A stretch of 64,000 nt of DNA from an uncultured Verrucomicrobiae bacterium. GTDB lineage: Bacteria; Verrucomicrobiota; Verrucomicrobiia; Chthoniobacterales; JAFAMB01. Both the position numbers and the translations under genes were made by a program. Below the pieces are notes generated by a model that was not told the DNA's origin, did not search any database, and worked only from the letters and a program-made list of their open reading frames with translations. This document shows, piece after piece, positions 46,325 to 56,533 of the stretch (the stretch's first letter is position 1; each line of letters starts with the position of its first letter). The stretch is from the NCBI GenBank assembly GCA_963782115.1, contig CAWAIK010000001.1, forward strand, positions 480,001-544,000, read 5' to 3'.

Positions 46325-46390
46325 GGCGGAGCCGTCGGCCAGATGCACGTGCGAAAAAGAATGGGCCGCGCGGAGGGGTAAGTTCTGCCT

Positions 46391-47044
46391 CTAACTTGCC
46401 CCAAGAAATTTGCTGATGATGCTGATTAAAACACCGACCACGATTAGACCCATAGGCTTGGTCCACCAGCCTTTTTCATCATTCTCCCGGATGTTGTTTA
46501 TTTGGTTAACCGCATTTACGACATTCCCATCACCAGAAATGTCGATGTTTTGGTTACTCCGCATGGAATACATTTGCAGCAAAAGCGGAGCCTGATGTAT
46601 CAAAACTTTTTCTTCCTCGAATGCTCGTAGAGAGTGGAAAGTAGATCTTTGCAGCAACTTGATGCCGAGCAACATCAGGCCGAAACTCAAAACAAGCCAG
46701 CCGATGCCCGCGCCAGACAGCAAGCTCGACGGCATTGTCAGCGGTAGCGTTAGCGTTGGATAGGGTGAGATCGACCGTAGGAACCACCACACCGGCGGTA
46801 TGATCGCATCCAGCCAGAACCACACCTGCACCACAAGTGTGCAAAAGATGCCTATTATGGGGGCATTACGGACTTCTGGCGGTGCCAGAGCAAAACATTG
46901 GATTAATCCGGTGATGAAAACCGCCAATCCGACAAACTTTACGACATGACCAACGACCTTAAACCAAACTGCGTTGAGTCTGTCGTTCGCAATACCCTCG
47001 CGAACCTTGTTTACGAATACTTGGGCATCAAACATGTGGCGCAA
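46391..47044 (-). CDS. Membrane protein
   Basis: Multiple hydrophobic helices. Confidence 0.55.
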   Translation of the reverse strand: MRHMFDAQVFVNKVREGIANDRLNAVWFKVVGHVVKFVGLAVFITGLIQCFALAPPEVRNAPIIGIFCTLVVQVWFWLDAIIPPVWWFLRSISPYPTLTLPLTMPSSLLSGAGIGWLVLSFGLMLLGIKLLQRSTFHSLRAFEEEKVLIHQAPLLLQMYSMRSNQNIDISGDGNVVNAVNQINNIRENDEKGWWTKPMGLIVVGVLISIISKFLGAS

Positions 47045-47062
47045 AGGGTCAGTTGCGTCAGA

Positions 47063-47506
47063 CTATTGAGAACGCGCAGGTCCGAGGTATTTTTGGGCAT
47101 CCTGTAGCTGCCAGTACTCTCGTTTTACCTCATCGCCAGCAGCTCTTTCCTTCTCAATCTCCTCTGAACTTCTGGGAGTCGGAGTGGCGAAGAACTTCTT
47201 AAGCGCCTCTTCCTGTACTTGAGCAAATTTCTTCTCCTGTTGGTGCGAGTCCTGTTGAATCTTTGTTGCTTCCGCTTGCCATTCCTTTTTACTTTCCAGA
47301 AAGTCGGCTTGGGCCGCCAAGAGTTTGTGATTCCAGAAGTTGGTAGAGGATCGCAAACCTTCATCGTGGAAGGCGAGAGCTATTGGCACAGCAAGCATCC
47401 CAAAAGCCAGCATTTGCCGCGCTGTTATTGTCTCTGGCTTTATCCATTTCCAGAGAAAGGGGATCAAAACACAAGAAAAATTCAACCACGTAAACGGCTC
47501 AGACAT
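47063..47506 (-). CDS. Membrane-anchored coiled-coil protein
   Basis: Two N-terminal hydrophobic segments, Q/E/K-rich tail. Confidence 0.5.
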   Translation of the reverse strand: MSEPFTWLNFSCVLIPFLWKWIKPETITARQMLAFGMLAVPIALAFHDEGLRSSTNFWNHKLLAAQADFLESKKEWQAEATKIQQDSHQQEKKFAQVQEEALKKFFATPTPRSSEEIEKERAAGDEVKREYWQLQDAQKYLGPARSQ

Positions 47507-47996
47507 ATTGGCAACTCCCATTGAAGGGCAGCAGCATACCATACCTAGTGTATGGTGCAAATCTGAACCACAAGATCTGCATATCGCCGTCCATGTGTTA
47601 TTTACAAAGAAAGTTGGAGATCATACTTCAAGAATTGGAGCTGAACGGCGAGCGAGACTGATCAGAACAGCGCTTGTGCCGCTCGGGCATGACGAACTGA
47701 CCAATTTGGTCAGTGGGGGGGGGACTCGGCACCGGACCAATTTGGTCCGCTTTTTCAGCGGGGGAGTCGGATTGTCCTAGTCGCCAAACAGACTTGACCT
47801 CCTCACGGTGTTCAGGGGAACAATATGCGCCATGTCCATCACTCCTCAAGATCTCCAAGAACTGCTGGGCAAACTCGATAGATTGAGAGCCTCTCGTCGA
47901 AGAGCATGGGAGAACCTCCAAGAGATTCGATGGGGGTGCCGAAGGATGCAGCGGGGCTGGATCTTCAACCGTTTGTTGGAAAGGTTATCGGATTTA

Positions 47997-48470
47997 ATGA
48001 CAAAAAGATATCGCAGTGTTGTTGCTCTTTTTCTGGCGTCTATCTGCTGTTCGTACGGACAGGAGCCGGGAAAGGATTTAATGGACGCAATGAAGAGTCT
48101 GAAATCTATCGCGAGCGTGACGGTCCCGTTGGCAAAGGTTGAATTCCCGATCTTAGACGCGAAATTTAAGGGGGATCAATACAACGACCTGGTCGCCAGG
48201 ATTCGTACGCCCGTAATGCTGTCGGACATGGCAGTCAATCTCGATTTGGACGTGATGTCTGATTGGGTAAAACGAGATGACACTGAGTCGGTAACAACGA
48301 CTATATTGGCCGTGGCCAGCGAGCTGCGTGCGCTAGATGGAGTCCTGCTGGCCGAAGCGATCGCCGGGTCGGCTCGCCAAGCCGAGCTTCTAGACCTCTA
48401 TCAAAAAGAGGAGGCTGCGGTCTTTCATGTGACCGTGACACACCAGACGTGGGTAAATAAGCCGCATTGA
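47997..48470 (+). CDS. Exported hypothetical protein
   Basis: Signal peptide MTKRYRSVVALFLASICCSYG. Confidence 0.5.
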   Translation: MTKRYRSVVALFLASICCSYGQEPGKDLMDAMKSLKSIASVTVPLAKVEFPILDAKFKGDQYNDLVARIRTPVMLSDMAVNLDLDVMSDWVKRDDTESVTTTILAVASELRALDGVLLAEAIAGSARQAELLDLYQKEEAAVFHVTVTHQTWVNKPH

Positions 48471-48657
48471 TGAATGCGCCAGTTGTACTTTGTCGTCGTG
48501 CTGCCCAACGGGACCGTGGTTGTTGTGAAGCGGAGTATTTTAAACGCTGGAAGTTAAATCGGCTGCCGATCGCCTGGGGAAGCATCCAGCCACAATTTTT
48601 CGCTGGATTAAGCTGGGGCTCGACATCTATTCAGAGGATTCAATCCAGCAGTTTTCG

Positions 48658-49233
48658 TTGGGCAAAAAACGCAGGCAGCACCCAAACACGATCCAAAAAA
48701 CAAAGGGAGTCAGCGAAGTTGAACACCTTGAATTGGCAGCCCCCGATCTGAATCAGATCGCATTGGCCCCCGTCGGTCGGCGAGGCGCCGGGGCTGCGTT
48801 GGGAAGGCTGGAGAGTGTAGAGGAACGGGCTTTCGTCCGTTTGCAACGGGCGATCGAGGAAGGTGATCCGTTCAAGACCAGACAGGCCCAGGAATTTTAT
48901 TTAAAAAGTTCTGAAGTTTTACGCCGTCTGGACATCGCAGTTCTGACCGAACGCCGACAAGCCGGTGAACAAGTTCCTTTGACGCAGATTGAAGATGTTG
49001 CGCGACAAATTTCCGAATGGTTGCGCGTCGCGTTCGAACGATTCCTTGCGGCTGAATCGCCTGCTCTGGTGCAAACGGAGGATCTCGGGACTTTCAAGGC
49101 ACACGCAATCGAAAGCTTCCGCGGAATCCTGCACAGAGAGGTCAAGACGGCGTTAATGACCAACCCGACTATCCTCCCGACCTGGGCAGCCGATCGGGTT
49201 CGAGAAGCTTGGAATATTAATCCCGATTACTAA
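48658..49233 (+). CDS. Terminase small subunit-like protein
   Basis: Helical protein with LRRLDIAVLTERRQAGEQVP..IE pattern reminiscent of Nu1-type small subunits. Confidence 0.4.
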   Translation: MGKKRRQHPNTIQKTKGVSEVEHLELAAPDLNQIALAPVGRRGAGAALGRLESVEERAFVRLQRAIEEGDPFKTRQAQEFYLKSSEVLRRLDIAVLTERRQAGEQVPLTQIEDVARQISEWLRVAFERFLAAESPALVQTEDLGTFKAHAIESFRGILHREVKTALMTNPTILPTWAADRVREAWNINPDY

Positions 49234-49716
49234 CATTTAGTTTTTCCTGTTATGGAGCCTCAAGCCCTTTTCGCTGATGCGGCAAGTTATCGTGGTATCC
49301 TTGGGGCTTACCGATGCGGCATCGGACCAAAAAGGAAGAAATGCCGGGACCGATCCCAGACATCGCCCGAAACCGATCCTTGGACCCGGCGTCGAAACGG
49401 CTCTTACCTAGCCGACGAAGGGCGCGAGCGACTTCGCAGTAGCAGTAAATGCTCGAAAGAACGTGACCGTACGGTGGCTTCAAATTTTCGACAGACCGAA
49501 GCGATGCGTGTTGGCCGGTGACGCTAAGCAAGTCCTCAATCGGCTTAGAACATTGCCAGGGCCTGTCTGGCGCTCGTTTGATGGTCAGTCGCGGTCCCGG
49601 CTTTCCACTCCCTTCGCCCTCCCGGGTTATCTCCGGCGTGCGGTCGGTCGCGGGGAGAGCGCCGAATCGCAAGCTAGTGATCGAGGGTGGTTGAGGCGAG
49701 TAGGGTCCATAGAAAT

Positions 49717-52700
49717 CTATTGGGAAGTAATATTCCCCTCAACTGTTGGGCCAGTTCTCGCCGTTTCTTTTTGCATTTGCTCGATTAAAAGACTCAATTC
49801 GTCTAGATAGGCGGCTCTATTAATATCCCCTTCCGGCATTGTTGTTTCTACGCTATGCGCCAGTAGCCGTAATCCTTGCAATGTGGATTCGGCAGGGCTA
49901 AGGCATCGCTTCTCTCGAACTAATCCGACTGCCCTCGCCCGAAAAAGGTCACTCTTAAATTGATCAAGCGCAAATCGCAATGATGCAACGTCTAATGCTT
50001 TAGGATTTGCTTTAAATCGATTAAACCGATCTGAGTCTCGGAGCCATACAATTATTTGAGAACTGATCGGTAAAATAAAAAACAATGAGCAGGTCACGCC
50101 CACTAAGACAGGTAAAATTGATGATATTCGCATTGCCAAAACCATTGCGAACATGCCAAGGACAACGAGAATTATCTTCCATGCATTTTTCAGTACATTG
50201 CGTAAGTGTGTTAGAAGATTTCTAAAAAAGAATACAACTGGGTAAATAGGAATCACAATCCATGCCAAAGGATGGGTAAATTCCCCCGCTCCGGCGGCAT
50301 AGCTCGCAGCCAAGCTCCAAAACGCCGCATAAGCAAAAATTAAACCAGACAAAATCCCCGCGACAGGGCCGTCCACAGTCATTGTGCACAATATACCAAT
50401 AAACGTTAAAAGCGCGGCTAACTCTATTCGTAGCAATCCCAATAAGCTTACTGACTGGAAAGCTAATCCTTGCTGTGTTAGCCAAGCCCATTTCTTCGGC
50501 GCCTTGCGCTTAACGTAACGTCGGAAGGGATCTACCCAAACTAGTGTGCAGTTTATGACCAACGCTGGGATTCCTAACCCGTAAATCTCCATTGCAAATA
50601 AGCGGTTGTGTTTAACGCTGAGGAGAACGGAGAGATATATGATACAAATACCATGGATGAAAAGGCTCAGTCGTGGGATCCATCTTAACAGATTGAACGT
50701 CCTCATAAGATCGCCCCCAGCCAAGCGAGCGACATGGGCTCGCGTAGCATGTTGCTGTCGGCCGAGTGCACCGTTACGTGCCATCTGCAACAAGGTCGCA
50801 CGCACTGACTTGACAATGTCATTTGGAATCGGAGACAAGCGCGCCGCTTGCTTATATGCGACATCTCTGAGTAATTGACTATCACTGTTAAAGCCTGCTC
50901 GAATTATCTCATCGAGTTGCTTGCTCGGAATCGCTCCGGCAACCTCGAGTGCCCATTTGCGGTCAAGTAATTGGCCGCGTTCAAACGGTGCCGCTAGTAA
51001 TTGACCAACCTTGTTCCTCAACTCGGGAGGCAAATCCTCGAGGTGTGCGCCGAATCCATCCTGGAGGATGCTGCAAATGTGTAAGCAACCTGCCGGCCAG
51101 CGGAAGAACTCGCCTGCGGACTCTATTCCTTGGCCTAATACTCCTGTCATCATCCCCTCTAAAACAGACCCAATCTCGACAAGGTGAGGCGTTATCGTCG
51201 CTGCGGGTTGAGTTTGGAATAGAACGACGACAGACTCTCGCCAGCGTGCGTCCGTAAGCAGTTTCAGAGGGGGTATACGGTGCGGTTCCCGCAGTAGAAG
51301 ACAAGTGGCGAAGTACTCCTGAAAGCGTCTATGCGAGAAAGTAAATACTTGTGAGCTTTCTTGAGCCGTCCCAGAACGAGCAAGCTTCATAAATTCTAAC
51401 GCATTGAGCGCAGTTTCAAATTGCTTATTCGGCTTGAACCCGAGCTTAACCATTGCATCAAGCAAAAGTTGGCGAGACGGATTCAGCCCAAGACCGTCCT
51501 GCGCTGCCATACAAAAAGCGAACTGCTCCGCAGCGGTTCTGAGTTGTACCGGGTCAAAGCTGTAACGCGCCTTCAGGCGCTCCGCGTCACTAGTTAGCCT
51601 GCTCTGAATGTAAGTCTCGAAGACAGCATGCGCGCTTTTCGGTAATGGATTGGCAGTTTTAATATGGTTGCACAATAGGCCCAGAAACATCGGGTTATTC
51701 AGCATCAAATTAAAATCGTCGCTCACGCTATCAATCCAATTTAGAAACTCACGTTCAGCGCTCGGTTCCAAGTTGACTTTGCGGACGAGACGGACCCGCC
51801 TCTGTCTGGACAGTGGTTGAATGTGAAATCGGGGCCATGCTAATCCTCCAGGCCCGCGAAAGTATCTTGAAGCTATAATTCCGCGACACCGATTCATTCC
51901 ATGCAGAAAATTATGAATGGATTCGGCATAGATTCTGATTATGTCATCCGTTTCGGTCGAGCCAAGCACATCAGGCAGTTCGTCGAAGGAATCAAAGAGG
52001 AATAGCCAGGTGCCCTCAGCCATTCCACGCCTGAACTCCTCCTGTATGAATTCCTCAACGTCCCTATCATTCACGTCTAACATGGCTAGGACAAATGTCT
52101 CAATGAAGTTTCGATCAATCTGCTTACCCGGGCGGTGTTTAAGCTCCTTGAGATTGATGTAGAGTGGCACCAAGCTCTTTGTGGAATGAGCCTTTGTAGC
52201 GCGTTCGGCCAGAACATTCGCCACGTGCCGCAGCGCGACACTTTTTCCAGAACCAGGTTCCCCTTCAACCAAAATTAGACGCTCTCGACTCCGGCTGAGT
52301 GCGGCGGACAATGAACTCTCCCGTCTCAAGTGATCGCGACTTCTGAGAATCGGCAACAGAGGGATTAGGTGATGACTTTTGCCCTCCGCCTCTACCTCTG
52401 CCTCGAGTTCCGTAAACTTGTAGTCCTGCCATGCCTCCCGACTGTTCAATAATGCCAATCTCGATTTAAGATGCTCTGAGAAGCGACGCCGTCTCTCAGC
52501 GCGTCTTCTTTGCTCGGGATTATAGAATATCGGACGAATTTTTTGACCCCATAATTCGGTAATTTTGGATACAATGAATAGGGTTGCCCAGGCAGCGAGC
52601 ATAAAAAGACCAATACCGAGAACAATCCCTATGGCCGGTTGGATCCAACTTGGAACGTGATCACCAAAGAGGCGTTTCAGCACGCCATCAATCCAGTCGG

Positions 52701-52785
52701 TAACTGTTTTGAATTCGGGCAAAAATTCGCTGCCTAGGATAGGCTGCGCGGGCCAGATCTCCAGGGAAGATCGACGCATTTCCAT
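49717..52785 (-). CDS. NACHT (STAND) NTPase with N- and C-terminal transmembrane segments
   Basis: Walker A GEPGSGKS, Walker B FLFDSFDE, NPMFL, FSHRRFQEYFA, WRE; hydrophobic helices; 1022 aa intact. Confidence 0.9.
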   Translation of the reverse strand: MEMRRSSLEIWPAQPILGSEFLPEFKTVTDWIDGVLKRLFGDHVPSWIQPAIGIVLGIGLFMLAAWATLFIVSKITELWGQKIRPIFYNPEQRRRAERRRRFSEHLKSRLALLNSREAWQDYKFTELEAEVEAEGKSHHLIPLLPILRSRDHLRRESSLSAALSRSRERLILVEGEPGSGKSVALRHVANVLAERATKAHSTKSLVPLYINLKELKHRPGKQIDRNFIETFVLAMLDVNDRDVEEFIQEEFRRGMAEGTWLFLFDSFDELPDVLGSTETDDIIRIYAESIHNFLHGMNRCRGIIASRYFRGPGGLAWPRFHIQPLSRQRRVRLVRKVNLEPSAEREFLNWIDSVSDDFNLMLNNPMFLGLLCNHIKTANPLPKSAHAVFETYIQSRLTSDAERLKARYSFDPVQLRTAAEQFAFCMAAQDGLGLNPSRQLLLDAMVKLGFKPNKQFETALNALEFMKLARSGTAQESSQVFTFSHRRFQEYFATCLLLREPHRIPPLKLLTDARWRESVVVLFQTQPAATITPHLVEIGSVLEGMMTGVLGQGIESAGEFFRWPAGCLHICSILQDGFGAHLEDLPPELRNKVGQLLAAPFERGQLLDRKWALEVAGAIPSKQLDEIIRAGFNSDSQLLRDVAYKQAARLSPIPNDIVKSVRATLLQMARNGALGRQQHATRAHVARLAGGDLMRTFNLLRWIPRLSLFIHGICIIYLSVLLSVKHNRLFAMEIYGLGIPALVINCTLVWVDPFRRYVKRKAPKKWAWLTQQGLAFQSVSLLGLLRIELAALLTFIGILCTMTVDGPVAGILSGLIFAYAAFWSLAASYAAGAGEFTHPLAWIVIPIYPVVFFFRNLLTHLRNVLKNAWKIILVVLGMFAMVLAMRISSILPVLVGVTCSLFFILPISSQIIVWLRDSDRFNRFKANPKALDVASLRFALDQFKSDLFRARAVGLVREKRCLSPAESTLQGLRLLAHSVETTMPEGDINRAAYLDELSLLIEQMQKETARTGPTVEGNITSQ

Positions 52786-52873
52786 GAAATGATGACCTTA
52801 TCAAGCGGGTCGATGGTTGGCGACCAATTAATGTACGCTTCGGTTCTGACATCCGCGAGCAGGCATCCTTAGA

Positions 52874-54793
52874 CCCATCTTCGACAGTCAGCGGCGATTT
52901 CTTTTAGGACGATGTAGTCCTGGAGCGGCTTCGCGGGCGATCCAGGTGCCGGGACCCCAAAAATGTAGTGCAATTTCTTTACCAAAATTCTTTTCCATAT
53001 TGCTTTAGTCCAAGATCTATGGTTGCTAGCTGTAGAGCTAAACAGCGACCATGTTTTTTCGTAGCAAGCCAGTCGGTTCCTATCGTTATCTCCAGATCGT
53101 ACATAGCGTGCGCGAGGGCAAAAAGGTCCGCCAACAAGTGATCGCCACCCTGGGCCGATTAGACCTCTTAGAGGCCAGCGGACAGTTGGAGCGCTTGATG
53201 CGCTCAGGGCTGCGCCATTGCGAAAGTTTTGCGGTCCTTGATGCCCATGCGGCTGGAGAGATCGAACCGGTGGCGATTCGTCGGATCGGGCCGGACCTGG
53301 TCTTTGCGCGGCTCTGGAAGGAAAGCGGGATCTCCGACGTGCTGCGCTCTTTACTAAAGGAACGTGAGTACGAGTTTGATGTCGAACGAGCTATCTATCT
53401 GACCGTTTTGCACCGTCTGTTTGCCAGCGGCAGTGATCGGGCGGCTGAACGTTGGCGGGAAGATTATCTCATCCCTGGAACTGAAGGCCTTGAACTGCAT
53501 CACCTTTACCGGGCGATGGCGTTTTTGGGCGACTCCATCGAGCCGCTTGAGAAACCGACCGGGGCGGTTCGCTGCACCAAAGACCTCGTGGAGGAGGCCC
53601 TCTTTGAGCGCCGACGGGATCTCTTTACCGAAGTGGAGTTAGTCTTTTTCGACACCACTTCGCTCTACTTTGAAGGCCAGGGAGGAGAGATCGGCAAACG
53701 CGGTCACAATAAAGATCACCGACCCGATCTCAAGCAAATGGTGGTCGGCATGGGCGTGGATGTGGAGGGTCGCCCGATTTGTTGTGAGATGTGGCCGGGC
53801 AACACGGCTGACGTCACGACCCTTGTGCCGATCGTCCAGCGAATGCGGCAACGTTTCGGGCTGCGGGGAATAACGGTGGTGGCCGATCGCGGGATGGTAA
53901 GCAAAGCAACGTTGGAAGCATTTGAAAGCAGCGATCCGCCTGTACGCTACATCGTTGGGGTACGGATGCGCCGCCAGAAGGAAGTTAGTCTGTCGGTGCT
54001 CGGCAGCCGGAAGCGGTGGTTCGAGAGTGTTCCGGAGCGCCGCCATGCCAAGGATCCCTCACCGCTCAAAATCAAGGAAGTCTGGGTCGAGGACCGTCGT
54101 TATGTCGTCTGTTTAAATGAGGAAGAGCGCCGCAAAGATGTTTACGATCGGGAGGCCATTGTCGCACACTTGAAGGAGCAACTTCGGTCTGGAGACAAGA
54201 GTTTGGTCGCTAACAAAGGTTACCGTCGCTATTTGAAAGTCCAGGGGATAATCGTTTCGCGATTGATGAAGAACAGATCAAAGCCGAAGCGCGCTATGAC
54301 GGGCTCTGGGTGCTGCGCACCAACACCGTCTACAACGCTGAGACGGTCGCTCACGTCTACAAGGCACTCTGGACGGTCGAGGATATCTTCCGGACAAGCA
54401 AATCGATTATGGACACCCGTCCCATCTACCACAGGTGTAACGAGACCATTCGTGGCCATGTGTTCTGCAGCTTCCTAGCATTGCTACTCAAAACCGAACT
54501 GGAGCGGCGCATGAAGTTCGCTGACTTACAGTGTGAATGGTCGCAGGTGCTTCGTGGCCTTGAGGGGTTGCAGCAGGTCGAAGCGACTTTTCAGGACAAA
54601 CACTTTCTTCTGCGCAGTCAGCTTACCGGTGAGGCTTCCGCGGCTTTGCGGGCCACCGGCATCGCCGCGCCGCCCACTCTGCGCGAGTTGCCCTAACCGG
54701 CCGCGTGGGCGAAAATGTAGTGCCAAAGCGTTTTGGCACTTTTATAAGTCTCTATTTTCGAGACACTTACATTTTCGAGGTGTTGAAGACCGG
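52874..54793 (+). mobile_element. IS1634-family-like insertion sequence
   Basis: Imperfect inverted ends CCCATCTTCGACA / TGTTGAAGACCGG; AAAATGTAGTGC present inside both ends; no exact target duplication seen. Confidence 0.8.
53051..54696 (+). CDS. IS1634-family transposase (frameshift near 54250)
   Basis: FFDTTSLYFEG, GH.KDHRPDLKQ, PGNTAD, VADRGM, YK.LW.VE.IFR..K. Confidence 0.9.
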
Positions 54794-54952
54794 CTTGAGG
54801 AAGTTTTGGGCTCGGGCACACCGAAATCGAAAACCACCGGTTTCTCTAGCTGAGAGCGGCGGCGCCGGCCTGGTAAAGGCGAAGCTGTTTTGGCAGCTTT
54901 TTGGCGTTAGCTGGTAGCCGGTGCTCCGCTCCGTAAATCTGGCCGCTGCTCG

Positions 54953-55877
54953 TTACACCGGTCGCAAAAAGTAGTCGTTTATATGCTCCTCGCGCAAAGG
55001 GCGTGTGCAGATACGCGACAACATCAACGAGACTACGCCTATGACGCGTGCAAAGACCTGAGCGGGGTCAAAAAGGTCTTTGTTGGATGCTTGTGAAGTC
55101 GGTCGGCCCAGATAATACCAGCGTGGGGGCCCGAAGAACATCCGATAAAATGGGGACCCGGTAGACTGAAAATCATCCGACGTTAGCTTCTCCCACGTCC
55201 GTGTCTCAGGCCGAGCGGTGTGCGAATAATAGTTGAAGTTATCTTGTCCTGGGTTGTGAATCCCTGGAAGTAACGCATGGCCGTCAACCGTCCAAATGAA
55301 ATCGACGAGACTATCCGAGGCATTGATCGCCGACCTAACGACCTCTGGCATTTGGTCAATTCCGTTTTGTAGGGCTATGACGCCAATCAACGGTTTATCG
55401 CTTGAGTAGTTGTGACCGACCCCAGCAGCAACGTTAAACATGTTAAGGGTTTTGTCCGTTTTAAGCGTACAGTTTTGACCGAGGGAATTGATGACGGATG
55501 CTAGGTGGCTAAATACTCCTTTGGAGCTGCTTTCGATGTTTTGTTTGGTGAGAGTCCGCTTGACCTCAATTATGCCAGCTATCGATTCATAGGCAAGGGC
55601 GGTGCATTTCCGCTGACAATCAAGATATCGCATTGCGGCAGGTTTTCTTCCCCACGCATTAACTCAGGAGTTGCAATAAAACCGCTCGTTATCCGGAAGT
55701 GGCCAGGAACGATAAACCTTTGAAGTGTCTGGCGAACGAACTGTTCACAAATCCAGCCGCTTGTTTTCAGTTCACCATCCAATCCCCCTCTTGCTTCTGC
55801 AAGAGCAAGGCTGACTCCCGAAGAGTTGTGGTGAGCTTAGATAGATACAACTCGTGTAGTTCCTTAATTGTAGGCAT
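54953..55877 (-). CDS. DUF6602/NucC-like PD-(D/E)XK nuclease (frameshifted)
   Basis: G.ICEQFVRQTL.RF...SGFI...QCDILI, then GIIEVKRTLT. Confidence 0.7.
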
Positions 55878-56095
55878 TGCTCTAAACTAAACTTGCTTTG
55901 TTTCGGCCATTATCGCAAAATTGCGACGATGGCATCGATCGCCTTTTGTGAGTGTCTGGCAGATTCAACGAGGGAATATCGACGGGCCCGTTGTGATTGT
56001 GCAAGTGTGCAGCCACTCCTCGGTGGTTGGTTTTTTCCAGCCTTCCCAGAGGCCTGCAAAAGCAAAGGGTGAATCGTTTTTCATCCCGCGTCCAC

Positions 56096-56410
56096 TGAGA
56101 TCTAACTCGAGTGCTCCGGTCCTTTCCGCTTCCCGGATACGGCGCAGGGCTTCCTCATAGGCTTCCGCTTGCCTGGTACGGCCGGCTTCCTCAGGCTTCT
56201 TCCTCCGGAGTCATAAATGTGAATAGCCCTTCTATCCTAACAGGGCTTGCTCAGGGCTTTCGAATGTAAAAATCCTTGTAACTCTGTCCGACCGCCAGGC
56301 TGGCATTTGGACCGAGGAGTTTATGTCCGAGAATTTGTGCGAGGAAGATATCGTCGGTCTGGTTCTGGGGTTTGAAGCGGTGGCAACAGATGGCGCCGTA
56401 GGCGCTGCGG
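56096..56410 (-). repeat. Direct repeat copy A (protelomerase tail plus LRR gene start)
   Basis: Diverged copy of 60765-61040 with a ~39-bp insertion. Confidence 0.88.
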
Positions 56411-56533
56411 CTTCCGCCGAGGCGAAGTGCTTGAGGTCCCGCAGCCGCTTGAGTGCTTGGATGATGAATTTGGGATTCTCGACCAGAACGGAATTGGGGG
56501 TAGGCCTCGAGGCTGAGCCGGGAGCGTGACGAC

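Noticed and set aside
36057..49700. Integron cassette array behind the small recombinase
   Set aside because: Recombinase is too short for IntI, genes lie on both strands, and I found no recurring attC-like sites
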